Positions 29,090 through 40,135 of a stretch of DNA of 64,000 bases are shown piece after piece; the stretch's first letter is position 1, and each line of letters begins with the position of its first letter. The translations under genes and the position numbers were made by a program. A model generated the notes under the pieces. That model had not been told where the DNA came from. It did no database searches and was given only the letters and a program-made list of their open reading frames with translations. The stretch is taken from the NCBI GenBank assembly GCA_977017575.1, contig CDRNVI010000011.1:1-64000 (forward strand). Direction: 5' to 3'. The DNA comes from Paramoeba atlantica. Taxonomy: Eukaryota > Protista > Discosea.

Positions 29090-32000
29090 ATGGCAAGCTC
29101 TCTTGTGGGATATTTACAGAGCGAGCATTTGGCGACCACACGTAGTGGACTTGACATATTGATAAATAAATCAGCTCAAGAACCTTACTTTGCCGATGAG
29201 TATATTTCGCAAGACCCGGAGTTGAATTGCGTACTAGACCTCGTTTCTTATCAAAGTGGTACTTTGGCCAAGTTGGAACCTGAACGGTTCGCTTTTTTAT
29301 CTCTTGTGTTTGAAGGTCTGGGCGCTGTTTTACTGCACGCCGAATGGAACAGAACATGGCTGATTGTACCGCACGTGGTTTCTCGTCTTCGTCTTGTTTT
29401 CAAAGACGCACTTGATCTTTCGGATTCGGGAATCAATGATTCTCAGATTTCTTTTCTTAGTGTCACGTTGCTGCTGCTTACGGTTTTAAACCGAATAAAT
29501 GGTTCCAGTTTGCTTCATCGGTTAATACTTCCTTTCGACAATAGAACATGGTGCAACACAGATCCCGTAAAAGATAAATCTCGTTGTAGGAGATTGCTTC
29601 GAAAAAGGTGTGTTCAATTTCTTTTAAGTTATCTGCAAGCTCCGCACAATGACGTCAGGCATTTTGGTTTTAGGCTCTGCCCCTCTCTACCTAAGCTGCT
29701 TTGTCAATTCGTGCACAAAGACACAAGCGAGAGCAGGGACTCAGTACTAGGTACTCTACGAGATCTTATTTTTAGCAATTCAGAGTTTAACTTGCATGAC
29801 AAATTGACTTTTCTCTCCAGCGCTTTGGGTGGACTCTCGTTTGCGGCAGAAAAACACTATGAATTTACAGGATTTTTATGGGAGCTTCTTCACTATGTAA
29901 CTTTACAAAGTCAGGTTGAATTCGGTAACGTCACACCTATCCGTGTTTTTCTACAGGGCATGGTAGAACTCCTTGCACCATGGCGCTCATTACATCACCT
30001 TCATTTACTTGAGTACATCGTCAGCTTGGATCATGCTTCTTTTCTCATAGCGATCAATAAAGTAGTGCGAAGAATTCATATTTGGAGAGAGAAAACTAAT
30101 TTTGGAGACTGGCAAGATATTCACTCAACTCATCAGGATACTATTTTCTTACTCCTTCACGCTTTGGGGCGGATATATCAGATTGGTAAAATTCCTGAAC
30201 GTTTAGCATCCTACACGGTAAAAGACCTGCTAACGGCCACTCTGGGAGCTGATCTAAAGCATGCACTGAACGCTCTACTTATTGACCGGAAGGACTCGAT
30301 TGACCCTATGAACAAAGAAAGTATCTCCCTCACTCGATTGGGCATTTTAAATCTTTTGACGGTTGTGTCAAAAAGAATCAGTAAAGTAGAAGAATACTTC
30401 TGTAACAATAACACTATTTCGAGACGGTTCTCATTGTTGCTACGCAGGCATGCACTTGCTTGGCTTCCTTCTTCCTCTTCCTTAATATCTCATCGAAGTC
30501 AATTGCTTAAAACACTGTGTTCACATGATGTTTCCACGGATGACAAAGAAAGGACACAGTTCGAGTACGAATTCCTTCTCTCCTCATGTGACCTTCTTGA
30601 AGAGTGTTACGGAGGAGCGCTATACTCATACGTTAAGGATCTCGATGTTCTGATGACCCAAACTTCAGACGTCCCAAGTTCTGTGCTTAGACGACTGGTT
30701 GGTTTGGTTATGAGTAGCCCAAATTTTGTCATTCATGCGAATACAATTACCTCATCGCATTTCATGTGCAAGGCCGCAAAGCTGCCTGAAGATGTTTTGG
30801 AGATCTTTTTGGTACACATTTTCTCTTTCCTCCGGACTCTTGAGGGCCATGCTGCAGTCGCATCACAGAGCTGTGAAATGTTAATAGCGGGTAGCGCATT
30901 TCAAGGAAGCCTGAAACTATCTATTCGAGAAGCAAAACAACTGGCACCGTTGCTTTTGAATGAAAAAGTTCCAACACTTGTCTCTGCACTGCTTAAGGAA
31001 CTCTTTACATCAGAAAATTTATTTTCTTTGGAGAACTTGAACGCCAAACGAAATTATACGTGGGAGAAAGGTGTCTTATATGCAACAGGAAGGTATGCGC
31101 TGAAGCATAAACGTGCATACACTTCTGAAGAAGCATTCACCATGTTTTTGCGCAGCATGAAATTGGGGAAGACAACACACATGCATAATGTAACTATCGA
31201 TACCGAATTGAAGACTAAGAATGATAGCGGTGCAATCAGTGGTGACCCTTTGAATCTTGAACCCGTTACCATCCCGTCTTGTTTTCAAGAAAGAGCAACA
31301 AAGACAGAAAATTCAGTACCATGGAAGCCATTGTATGACGCGTGTTGGAATTCACAAAAGGTGTTTGAGTATTTCGTGTCTGACGTACTTGATGATTTTT
31401 GGGATATTAGTGCGGTAGAAAAAAGTTCATGTCTTGGTCAAGAACTGGAAACTCTCTTCTGTGAAAAAGTTCTCGAGCTGCCTCTTGATGAAGTTGCGAC
31501 AATATTAACTCTACGACGGATGATATACGTGCTTTTTCATACTGTTAGTCAGTTATCAACGAGGTCTTCAAAGAAAGTATTGAGGAGCGTGGCCATATGC
31601 CTGGTAAAGAATTTATCCTTATCAATCCCGCAAGCCCATGCAGGAGCCAACTTGTCTCTTCCCACATTTCCGAATAGCTTTATTCAGCGAGGTCCGCATG
31701 CCCTCTTGCCCTCCGATGACATAGAAAGTATATCACTAGAGTGGGGCCTACGGTTTTCTTTCTTACTATTGGTAGAAGACTGTCTTGAACTACTTATCAA
31801 GTACGTAAAAGATGCCTTTGCATCTGAAGCGCAACAAGCTCCGTCCGATTCTCACACGACTCTTTATATCCAAAGTATTGGAGTACTATCACAGTGGCTT
31901 GGCCGCTCCTACTCGTTTTCTACGTCTCCTCTCGATCTGCTTACGTTGAAGTGTCTGGAAAAAGTTACCAGCGAACCCTTTCTGGTAAGTTCTTTATCCT

Positions 32001-33370
32001 CAAACTGTATCGAGCCCAAGCCACATTTCAGCGACATGGAGCACCAAAAGGACTGCAGCCAAGCCAGCACTATAAGCATCCTATGTGCCCTTGTTGCTTC
32101 CATACAACTCAATTCTTTCGATCACATCTCTTTCACAGATCGAATTTCCTTTCTATGGGGAAATTCTATTCTAGAGAAAACGTTACACCAGTACGATCTC
32201 GCTTTGCAGTGGTTGACACGGCCTATCTCATTTCCCTCTTTTACCTCTTCGGGCTGCAAACCAAGTGCTACGCGGTTCGGAAAAAGGGATATCAACTCTA
32301 CCGTACTAGACCTTCGTACTGTGTACCCCTGCTTGTATGCCTCTCTGCGTCACACAAAACACACAACTCACAGTCTTGCAAACTCAAGTTCACTCTTCTG
32401 GTTAGGCCTTCTTGTCCTCGGGCTGCAGTGTTTGCAAAAAGATAGTCGCATGATGTGCCACGCGACGCTGCAAAAAATTTCGCTAAGCACTCCCAGTAAA
32501 TGGATGCGGTACATACTCTCCTGGCTTGCCAGTGGTATGTTGCGTGAATGTGATCGATTTTCACCTTTTTCGACCACATTTGTCGGGTACAGCATCCCGC
32601 TGTTGTGCTCTCCTCGTAGTGTTCCCCTTGCAATACACTTGTGGCGACAGCTTCTTGCGTCTCCAAAGTTTCACGCCAATCTTTTAGGTGAACTCTCCAG
32701 CACATACGGGTTCTCGCACGAACAAGTCCATCTCATGCATATCTACCATCTCGCTCTTCGTATGGTGTGCAAAAAGGATGTCGCAAAGCACCAAGTTCTT
32801 GTGGAGCGTATTTTGGCTCATGTATTTCATTTCATTGATCGCACATTCTATTTTCTCGAAAAGGCAACACCAACGGGGGAGTCTGTAACTCCGTTTGTGC
32901 AAGTCGCCTGTCAGATTCTGCAAACCTCGGCAAGAATCCCTATTCTGAATCGTCTTATCGAGGGAAAAGGAGTAACTCTTCTGTTAGTGGCACTATTGGA
33001 GAAACTCGTTGACGCGCTTCTAAGAAAGTGGTCTTTTACACAAAATTCCCCAATCTTTGAGAAACCGGAGTGGATAGAGCGATGCTCCATTTTGTGCAAT
33101 TCAGGTTCGATGATTAGTGAATTTCTCAAGCAAATGATAAGCCTATGTGAGTCGACCTCCCGTCTGAGCGAAAGTTCTACTAGAGAGGGCTCTAAGATGC
33201 TGATGCATTCGGAGCTTTGCATTGTTCAAAGCAGTATTTCTGTACTGCTTCAAGTACTTTACGACACAAAGTGGACGATTGAATGTCAGGAATTCATATC
33301 CGGTTTAAGCAGCGCACTGAAAATGGTAACGCCCCCTAGAAGTCTCATAAAAGTCACGAAGGAAGCCTAA
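29090..33370 (+). CDS. Large alpha-solenoid protein, possibly URB1/Npa1 ribosome-biogenesis factor
   Basis: 1426-aa Leu-rich helical ORF; LRKRCVQFLLSYL and a C-terminal segment resembling URB1 from memory; not verified by search. Confidence 0.5.
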   Translation: MASSLVGYLQSEHLATTRSGLDILINKSAQEPYFADEYISQDPELNCVLDLVSYQSGTLAKLEPERFAFLSLVFEGLGAVLLHAEWNRTWLIVPHVVSRLRLVFKDALDLSDSGINDSQISFLSVTLLLLTVLNRINGSSLLHRLILPFDNRTWCNTDPVKDKSRCRRLLRKRCVQFLLSYLQAPHNDVRHFGFRLCPSLPKLLCQFVHKDTSESRDSVLGTLRDLIFSNSEFNLHDKLTFLSSALGGLSFAAEKHYEFTGFLWELLHYVTLQSQVEFGNVTPIRVFLQGMVELLAPWRSLHHLHLLEYIVSLDHASFLIAINKVVRRIHIWREKTNFGDWQDIHSTHQDTIFLLLHALGRIYQIGKIPERLASYTVKDLLTATLGADLKHALNALLIDRKDSIDPMNKESISLTRLGILNLLTVVSKRISKVEEYFCNNNTISRRFSLLLRRHALAWLPSSSSLISHRSQLLKTLCSHDVSTDDKERTQFEYEFLLSSCDLLEECYGGALYSYVKDLDVLMTQTSDVPSSVLRRLVGLVMSSPNFVIHANTITSSHFMCKAAKLPEDVLEIFLVHIFSFLRTLEGHAAVASQSCEMLIAGSAFQGSLKLSIREAKQLAPLLLNEKVPTLVSALLKELFTSENLFSLENLNAKRNYTWEKGVLYATGRYALKHKRAYTSEEAFTMFLRSMKLGKTTHMHNVTIDTELKTKNDSGAISGDPLNLEPVTIPSCFQERATKTENSVPWKPLYDACWNSQKVFEYFVSDVLDDFWDISAVEKSSCLGQELETLFCEKVLELPLDEVATILTLRRMIYVLFHTVSQLSTRSSKKVLRSVAICLVKNLSLSIPQAHAGANLSLPTFPNSFIQRGPHALLPSDDIESISLEWGLRFSFLLLVEDCLELLIKYVKDAFASEAQQAPSDSHTTLYIQSIGVLSQWLGRSYSFSTSPLDLLTLKCLEKVTSEPFLVSSLSSNCIEPKPHFSDMEHQKDCSQASTISILCALVASIQLNSFDHISFTDRISFLWGNSILEKTLHQYDLALQWLTRPISFPSFTSSGCKPSATRFGKRDINSTVLDLRTVYPCLYASLRHTKHTTHSLANSSSLFWLGLLVLGLQCLQKDSRMMCHATLQKISLSTPSKWMRYILSWLASGMLRECDRFSPFSTTFVGYSIPLLCSPRSVPLAIHLWRQLLASPKFHANLLGELSSTYGFSHEQVHLMHIYHLALRMVCKKDVAKHQVLVERILAHVFHFIDRTFYFLEKATPTGESVTPFVQVACQILQTSARIPILNRLIEGKGVTLLLVALLEKLVDALLRKWSFTQNSPIFEKPEWIERCSILCNSGSMISEFLKQMISLCESTSRLSESSTREGSKMLMHSELCIVQSSISVLLQVLYDTKWTIECQEFISGLSSALKMVTPPRSLIKVTKEA

Positions 33371-33588
33371 AATTTTCTTCTCTTAAATATTTTTTCTAAA
33401 CATTCCTTGACTCCTATAATCATTATAGGAGTTTCACTTTTTGACATTATAGTATAATGTCAATAGAAGCTCAAATTTTCTTACATTTGTTGGATTATTT
33501 ATCCATTTGATAAACTACCTGTACGCCTATTTCTTTACAACTTCGCGGTTTTCTATTGCCCTATTTTTAATTCCACCGACAAAGACAA

Positions 33589-34126
33589 ATGTTTTCTCCG
33601 TTCCAAAACATCACACGTCTCCTCAGGGTAACATGCAACACGCATACTCCACCTTCCAACCCCTTCCTCCCCCATAAGAATACCAACCCCTTCCATTCAA
33701 TGCTTTCTCGCTCACCCTCAACCCCTTTTTCACGTTTTTCCCCCATTCCCCTCTCGTTTCTACCCCCACCTTTTCACCATCACGCTTTTCGCTACTGTCA
33801 CACGTCCAACGCAAACAAAAGTTCAAAAATGCATCATGAAAATTCAATAGAAAAGAATGAGCTCCCCATAACCAAAGAATCTAACCTAGAAGCCAAAACA
33901 ACAACAACAGCAACAACAGAAGCCCAATCTTCCCCTCCCACCAGCTCCTCCCAATTCGCGGTGTGTTCCACACACGGTCGTCGTCGCTACATCTCCTGTC
34001 TCCGTGTGGACGACACCACAAAGGAACTCGTCTGCGTCCCCTACGACGACTGCACCACCCTCTCCTCCTATACCAAAACGATGGACCGAGGGAGGCGAGT
34101 CGCCAACACGAATATAACGATTAAAA

Positions 34127-34158
<32 letters not shown>

Positions 34159-34434
34159 CAATATGTGAATCCTAAAGTTAAATGTTCCCTTCACGGGATA
34201 TGGCGCAATGCACAGTACATGGTCCAGGACGGGTCGTCCCAGTCCTGGACGTGTACCGCCGGTTCCACGTGTCGGGTCACGGACCGTGTGGTGTGCGCGG
34301 TGCACCACAAGCTCCGGGCGCGTGACATGATGGAACGCAGGGGGGAGGGGGAGGGGGAGGGGTACGTGTGTAGGCGGGAGCACCTGTGTGGGAGGGTGGA
34401 GAACCGGTCACAACGGGAGTCCGGGAGGTGGTAA
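33589..34434 (+). CDS. Hypothetical protein with 3 C-x2-H-x3-R fingers, transit-peptide-like N-terminus, poly-Asn tract
   Basis: CSTHGRRR..VCVPYDDC, CSLHGIWR..WTCTAGSTC, CAVHHKLR..YVCRREHLC; (AAT)n at about 34129-34158. Confidence 0.8.
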
Positions 34435-34800
34435 AAAAGAGGGGATGAAAAAGAGGGGGAAGAGGGGGGGTAAGAGGGGAGGGAAAAAGAAGGTGTGGGA
34501 AAGGGTGTGACGTATAAAGGGAAGATGTAAAATCTGGACGAAATGTTAACCCGGTGTGATTGGAGAGCCTACAAATGTGTATGCAATACGAATCAAAATT
34601 TTTTTCTGACCGTAGTATATTATTATTTTGAAGGGATCTGATTAAAGTGCAATGCGCGATTTGTTGTGGTTTTGACTTTGCACAACAAATTCTTGATTTG
34701 ATACGTTCTTGTAAGCAAATTCCGTCAAATTACTTTGCGTGGGTAACGTACAAAGCCTTATCATAAACTAATAATTTTTATAACGTCTATCTGTTCAAGA

Positions 34801-36201
34801 ATGCAGGAAAAGTGTAATGCGGTTCCTTCTATTAATGTTCTCGGTACAGTTGAAGCCATAGAAATTCTCTTTGAGGCCACCAAGCAGTTGCAGACCTTAC
34901 ATGGTCTTGGAGCAACACACGGACGGATCACCCCAGATGCTATTTTGATTGAAAGTGTTGACGTTGTTCGGAGGGATGCTCAAGTGGACAGAATACCTAA
35001 TATAACCTCTCTTGTAGAAGGTGGGGATAACTCTTTGCATCACGAGCTTGCGTTATCACACAAAACTGAGAAGGAAAGTGGGAATTCATGCGTACGCGAT
35101 ACACATGCTGTGTATCCTGAAGACAACGAGATATTCGCGCATTCCTGTTCTCCTTTTCGGATTTCATTAGCCTTTGTACCCAGTACTTGTATTGCGCCCA
35201 AATCTGCTTTTTCGCACTCAGAGAACAAATATGAATCGGACAGCACGGAATCTCTTCAGCATTTATATATTCGTGATTTCTGGGCACTTGGTTTATCTGT
35301 GTATCACATGTGGCATTCACGGTTCCCTTTTCCTGATGTGTCTGATTATTTCAAGGGCATGACAGATCTTAGGAGTCTGCATGAACATTGTAAAGACTTG
35401 ACAATAGGATCCAACGGTGACAAATCATTTAATACAAACGACCTCACATGTCCAGAAGATTTCTGTTGTGCTCTTCTCTATCGACTTATTGATAACGGAG
35501 GCGCAAATGTTCCTTCCCACTCAGAATGGGGTGAATTTCGTAATTTTTGGACATCTTGGAAACTTCGGTGGAGAACACAGCGCACAGCCAAGCAGAAGTC
35601 ATGTGATGACGCTGCCCAACCATACCAAATTCTCCGAGAAAGATATCATCTGCTTCCACTAGAACCAAAGTCAGAAGAACCGACTGAAGATCTTATGAGC
35701 AACAGTTGGGCATTGATATTTTCTGGTCTTCGTAATGAAAACGTTGCGACGGATTTCGACGATGCAGAATTAAATGCAGAACCCAATTTCGGTGAATCAA
35801 TCGCTGGTTTTCGTTACATAAGTCGACTGCACACTCTGTATTGTCTGAGCTGCATATATCCCATGGTGTCCGTTTTTTCTAAAAATAGAAAGTACGTTAA
35901 AGTTTTAAAAAGGATCAATTCAAAGAAGAGGTACCGTCACAAAACTCTCTTATCCACCCCAATCAAGAAGTGTTCGGAGTGTTCGTACCAGATAGGCACC
36001 CGTCGCGACTTTATGGAATGCGGGAGTTGCGAAAGTGCTCTCTGCGCCCAATGCGTTTTGTGCATATGCAACGATGTGAAAAATCAAGATACGAGAACCG
36101 TGCAGGGTCGCTTTATGCGCTGGAACGGAAACGCGCAAACGTTACTAAAGCAAAAACAATCTCTGGATTTTTGCGTGCAAACAGAGGATATCAAAGAATA
36201 G
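34801..36201 (+). CDS. Kinase-like (probable pseudokinase) N-terminus plus C-terminal Cys-rich FYVE/zinc-finger-like region
   Basis: LQTLHGLGATHGRITPDAILI and RDFWALGLSVYHM resemble kinase subdomains VIb and IX; CSEC..CGSC..CAQCVLC. Confidence 0.55.
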   Translation: MQEKCNAVPSINVLGTVEAIEILFEATKQLQTLHGLGATHGRITPDAILIESVDVVRRDAQVDRIPNITSLVEGGDNSLHHELALSHKTEKESGNSCVRDTHAVYPEDNEIFAHSCSPFRISLAFVPSTCIAPKSAFSHSENKYESDSTESLQHLYIRDFWALGLSVYHMWHSRFPFPDVSDYFKGMTDLRSLHEHCKDLTIGSNGDKSFNTNDLTCPEDFCCALLYRLIDNGGANVPSHSEWGEFRNFWTSWKLRWRTQRTAKQKSCDDAAQPYQILRERYHLLPLEPKSEEPTEDLMSNSWALIFSGLRNENVATDFDDAELNAEPNFGESIAGFRYISRLHTLYCLSCIYPMVSVFSKNRKYVKVLKRINSKKRYRHKTLLSTPIKKCSECSYQIGTRRDFMECGSCESALCAQCVLCICNDVKNQDTRTVQGRFMRWNGNAQTLLKQKQSLDFCVQTEDIKE

Positions 36202-37061
36202 CATAAAGAAAGAACAGAATCAATTTCAAGGTACTTTGTCCCTTTATACTTCATGTGTCAGACCCGGACCCCCTTTTGCAGATCGGTTGATTTTCCACGC
36301 ACACAAGACGCTGCAATGCTCTCCGCTTTTAAATACTATACCCTCCCTGCTTATGAGTTCCCCCAATTCTGGTACGCTTATGAGTTCTATTTCTAAGGTG
36401 AGTGGTTGGGTGCCCACTTTTCGCGAAGCGATTATTTTTTTGGCACTTAACAAATTTTCAGAAAATTCTAATCTACTCTATGTCAGCCTGTTCTGGATCG
36501 CTCACTAAGTGGGTGAAGTTCTTAGCGCCAGTTCCTTGCCTTGGAGAGGTTGCTTCGTCCTTGCGCAATTCATCGTCTCCGATTGTCCCCAAAGAAACGC
36601 CCGATTCTCCTCAACCAATAAATAATAATCGGCGACGAAACCGCTGTCCTGGCGGACGGTGAAATCCAAGGAAATTCCCTGGCTCCTGTAGGGAGCCGGC
36701 CAAAGGTAGCTGAAACTAACGATAAGGAAACTTTGACAGTTTTCTTAGCGGGTCTTCTCGATGTGCGAAACACAAACGTCGTTCCTCTTCCACCAACTGT
36801 CGTATTTTCGTCGAAGTCCCAAAGCGCTTACAGTGCCGTTTTATCAAAAACCGCGGCGCAGGATAAAAACGGGAAAAGCCGCATGGGGCTGCAAGGTGTA
36901 GTATCATTTTAAAGGGTAATCGGGGAACTCAAAAGCAGGGGGGGTATAGTCCGTCCCTAGAACACAACTCGAACGTACATTGGTGTAGTGACAACAGAAC
37001 AGGTGGTCGAAAGATTCCTCCGCGTGCGGCGCATTTTGTTTCGAAAGGGGAGTTTTTCAGA

Positions 37062-37329
37062 CACTACCGTATACCCCCCAGTAAGGTACCCCCCAGTAAG
37101 AGAGATTTGGCCCTTTTTGGGCTGACCCCCAGTAAGAGAGATTCGGCTTGCGAGCCCAATAGGAGGCATATAGGGGGTAGGGGGTGAGTGTCTGCGTGTT
37201 GGGGGCCTCGGGGGTAACCCAAAGAAGCGTTTTAATACGTTTTCAGAAGAAAAATGGTCAAAAAAGTTGGGAGAAAAGAGGAAACTGGCCAAAAAAGCAT
37301 ACCCCCCCCCTAGTAAGAGAGATTTGGCC
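37062..37329. repeat. Cluster of 4 direct repeats CCCCC(T)AGTAAG(AGAGATTTGGCC)
   Basis: Copies at about 37074, 37089, 37126 and 37302. Confidence 0.85.
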
Positions 37330-37450
37330 ATATCGATCCAAAATCCATTCTCTTACTGAAACTGGGCGAAGTTTAAAGGGAGTCACAGTATTTTCCCCGA
37401 AATTTTAGTTACCAAAAAGTTATTCTTCGCTTTGTAAATTGTCTCTTTCC

Positions 37451-38032
37451 ATGGCAAATATTGATGAACCGTCTACCGAACGCGTAGAAGACGAGGAACA
37501 ACACGAAGAAGAGGCCTTTGAATACATTGATGCGTTGTTTCATTTCCCACAATGGCTCGCCGACGGCGGGCAGCATGTGGATCTACGCAACATGAAAGTT
37601 GTCTTTCCCGGACTCTACGGATCCGAGATTCCACTGTCGGGGTCCCACAACACCGCGAGCGAGTCTCCCTGCGTTACTCCCCCGATGCGGTGTAACCCGA
37701 TCTTGATGAAAGTAGGTGACCACTGGATGGAGGGTAGCTGGGTGGAGGATCGGGTCAACCAGCGGAACATGGCACCGGGGAAGTACTCCGCCACACAGCC
37801 CTGCATCGGGACTCCAGTGTTTATTCCATTAAGCAGCGAGTCTGTAGAAGGATCAGAGAATTCCTCTTCACGCGCTGTTGTTCCAATGGCACCCGGGGCT
37901 ACACTCCCCACAGCACTGTTTCAGCGTGTGTTTATCACCACCGATGAGGGAATAAGAAAAGGTGTGGTAAGTGCGGTGACACAGGGCACATCACCATCGA
38001 GGGAATTCCAAACGGGGGATTTAATGCTTTAG
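37451..38032 (+). CDS. Hypothetical protein, possibly TFIIIC tau55/GTF3C6-like
   Basis: Acidic N-terminus EEEAFEYI, NPILMKVGDHWMEGSW..IGTPVFI resembles the TFIIIC_sub6 pattern. Confidence 0.45.
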   Translation: MANIDEPSTERVEDEEQHEEEAFEYIDALFHFPQWLADGGQHVDLRNMKVVFPGLYGSEIPLSGSHNTASESPCVTPPMRCNPILMKVGDHWMEGSWVEDRVNQRNMAPGKYSATQPCIGTPVFIPLSSESVEGSENSSSRAVVPMAPGATLPTALFQRVFITTDEGIRKGVVSAVTQGTSPSREFQTGDLML

Positions 38033-38196
38033 AAAAATGATTCCTAAAAAGATGATGCTAAAAAGCAATGTGACTTCAATAGGATGAGGTCAATCTGAAT
38101 GGAGAGGTACAACTAAGTAAACCGTGTCGTATGATCTACATATCGTTTGCCAGTAAAGTGTTTATTAACTGTTCATCTTTTCTTATTCTCATTGCC

Positions 38197-39219
38197 ATGA
38201 AACGTACACAGACGAAAGACTCGACAAATACATCAAGCCTCTTGCCTCCTCCCCAACCCAGATCCGAGGCCGAAGCAGTAGAGTCCTACGATTTGGATTC
38301 GCTTATCAACCTTCATCGATGGGACCCCACCGGGCATGTAGTGGGCATTGATGAGGCAGGCCGAGGCCCCGCACTGGGGCCCATGGTCTACTGTGGCTTT
38401 GCAGCCTCCCTGCAACGCGCCTCCCAGGTACAGCAACTAGGCGTACAAGATAGTAAACAACTCTCCCCTGCGAAGCGGGATTTGTTCTTTGACCAACTCA
38501 CTGCTCTGCAGTGTTCAAACCCAAGGGATTTCGCTTCCGATCTCGATGTGATCTCCCCGGAGCGTATCTCGGTGGCCATGTCCAGCAGGGGTGGAGTCTA
38601 CTCACTCAACACGGTTTCCCATGACTCCGCGTTGGGCATTCTGCAACGTCTCCATGATAAAGGGCTGGTATTGTCTGCGATTTATGTCGATACTGTGGGA
38701 CCTCCGGAGAAGTACCGAGATAAAATTAAAAGGCATTTTCCTGCCTCACACGTGGTTGTGTGTTCCAAGGCGGATGCGAAATATGCCGTAGTGAGTGCAG
38801 CGAGTATTCTGGCAAAAGTTACCCGCGATCGTAAGATTGGGGAACTGGAACAAAAATATGGTGTCCCTGTCGGAAGTGGCTACCCAGCGGATCCGGTGAC
38901 ACAGAAATTTCTTAAGAGCCTCGTGCACCCCTTGGTGGGATTTCCGCTAAATGATGTGAGGGTGCGATGGAGCACATGTGAGAAAATATTTGAAAAACAT
39001 CCTGCACAAATTCCTGTTACTTTTGCCTCAGATCAAGAAGACAAAGAGAAACAATCCTCCCGAAAATACCATAAAGGGAAGGAGGTGCAGGCGAGCCAAA
39101 AGTCACCCACTTCTCAAGTGACTGACAAGAAGAATGAATCTGTGGAGCAAGACAGTGACAGTCATCCCTATTTCCATACATGTATTCGGATGATTCCACT
39201 GGTAAAACCTAGCTGTTAA
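38197..39219 (+). CDS. RNASEH2A: Ribonuclease H2 catalytic subunit A
   Basis: GIDEAGRGPALGPMVY, DSKQL, YVDTVG, KADAKYAVVSAASILAKVTRD, GSGYPADP. Confidence 0.96.
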   Translation: MKRTQTKDSTNTSSLLPPPQPRSEAEAVESYDLDSLINLHRWDPTGHVVGIDEAGRGPALGPMVYCGFAASLQRASQVQQLGVQDSKQLSPAKRDLFFDQLTALQCSNPRDFASDLDVISPERISVAMSSRGGVYSLNTVSHDSALGILQRLHDKGLVLSAIYVDTVGPPEKYRDKIKRHFPASHVVVCSKADAKYAVVSAASILAKVTRDRKIGELEQKYGVPVGSGYPADPVTQKFLKSLVHPLVGFPLNDVRVRWSTCEKIFEKHPAQIPVTFASDQEDKEKQSSRKYHKGKEVQASQKSPTSQVTDKKNESVEQDSDSHPYFHTCIRMIPLVKPSC

Positions 39220-39277
39220 GCGAAAGAACCAAGTGAACCGGTACAAATAACTTTTTGATGTTCGCAGTGCATATCTA

Positions 39278-40026
39278 CACTATCGTTCAGCTATGAGTCC
39301 CCCCCTTATTTTTGGGTCGGGGGTCCGTTTGACTTAATTCCAACGGCCAACGAGAGATCTTGATCCCTAGCCTATCTTTGCCGGTCTTCGTTTCTTGTAA
39401 GAACTTAATATACGCTTTTAGCACTCAAAATATTGGTCAAAAATGAGATTTTCCAATGTACGGTCAAATTCTCCCTCTTTTTCTCATTGACGCTACCCGT
39501 TTTATACCCATGGTGAGGAACCACAGGCCGAGTTACCTCAACTCGCAGCGTACGACGTTCGCAATGCGCATTTCGTTTGTTATTGAACGAAAATACGATG
39601 CTTCCACCACTTCCATCTCTAAAAAATATAAGTTGATGAAAAAAATGGTACGAAAATAGGTAAAATGTATGATGAGAAAAAAATGTGTTCAGAGTACTTA
39701 AAACGTATGAACAAGGTGTTGGAGAGCGGGGGTGGAATACTGGATATTAAGCTTGTCTTCGTGTAATCTCATTTTCCTGCGGTTATTGTATTTACGGGTT
39801 TTTACACGGCAAATATATCAAAAAATGGAAAAGTTTTATAAAACAATTATTTGTTCGGCTTATTTTTTTCAAAAAGTAATTCGATCCTAATGAGTCGCGA
39901 AAAACATATTTAAACGGCGGGAAACGCACCCAAGTGAAATTCTCTACACGTTCCAAAAAAAGATGATAAAAAACAGATCAGTTTTTCAAAATTCGAGGGG
40001 GGGGGACTTATAGCTGATTGCTAGTG
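39278..40026. mobile_element. 749-bp MITE / non-autonomous DNA transposon with 28-bp imperfect TIRs and TA flanks
   Basis: TA|CACTATCGTTCAGCTATGAGTCCCCCCC ... GGGGGGGACTTATAGCTGATTGCTAGTG|TA; no ORF inside. Confidence 0.85.
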
Positions 40027-40135
40027 TACATGGTATTAACCCTGCTTCAGATCGTCTTAATACTTTCTTAATATTCTTGTTCTAATACTCTCCAATTTCT
40101 TCATTTGTAAATACCTACCGAATCACTTTTTTGTA

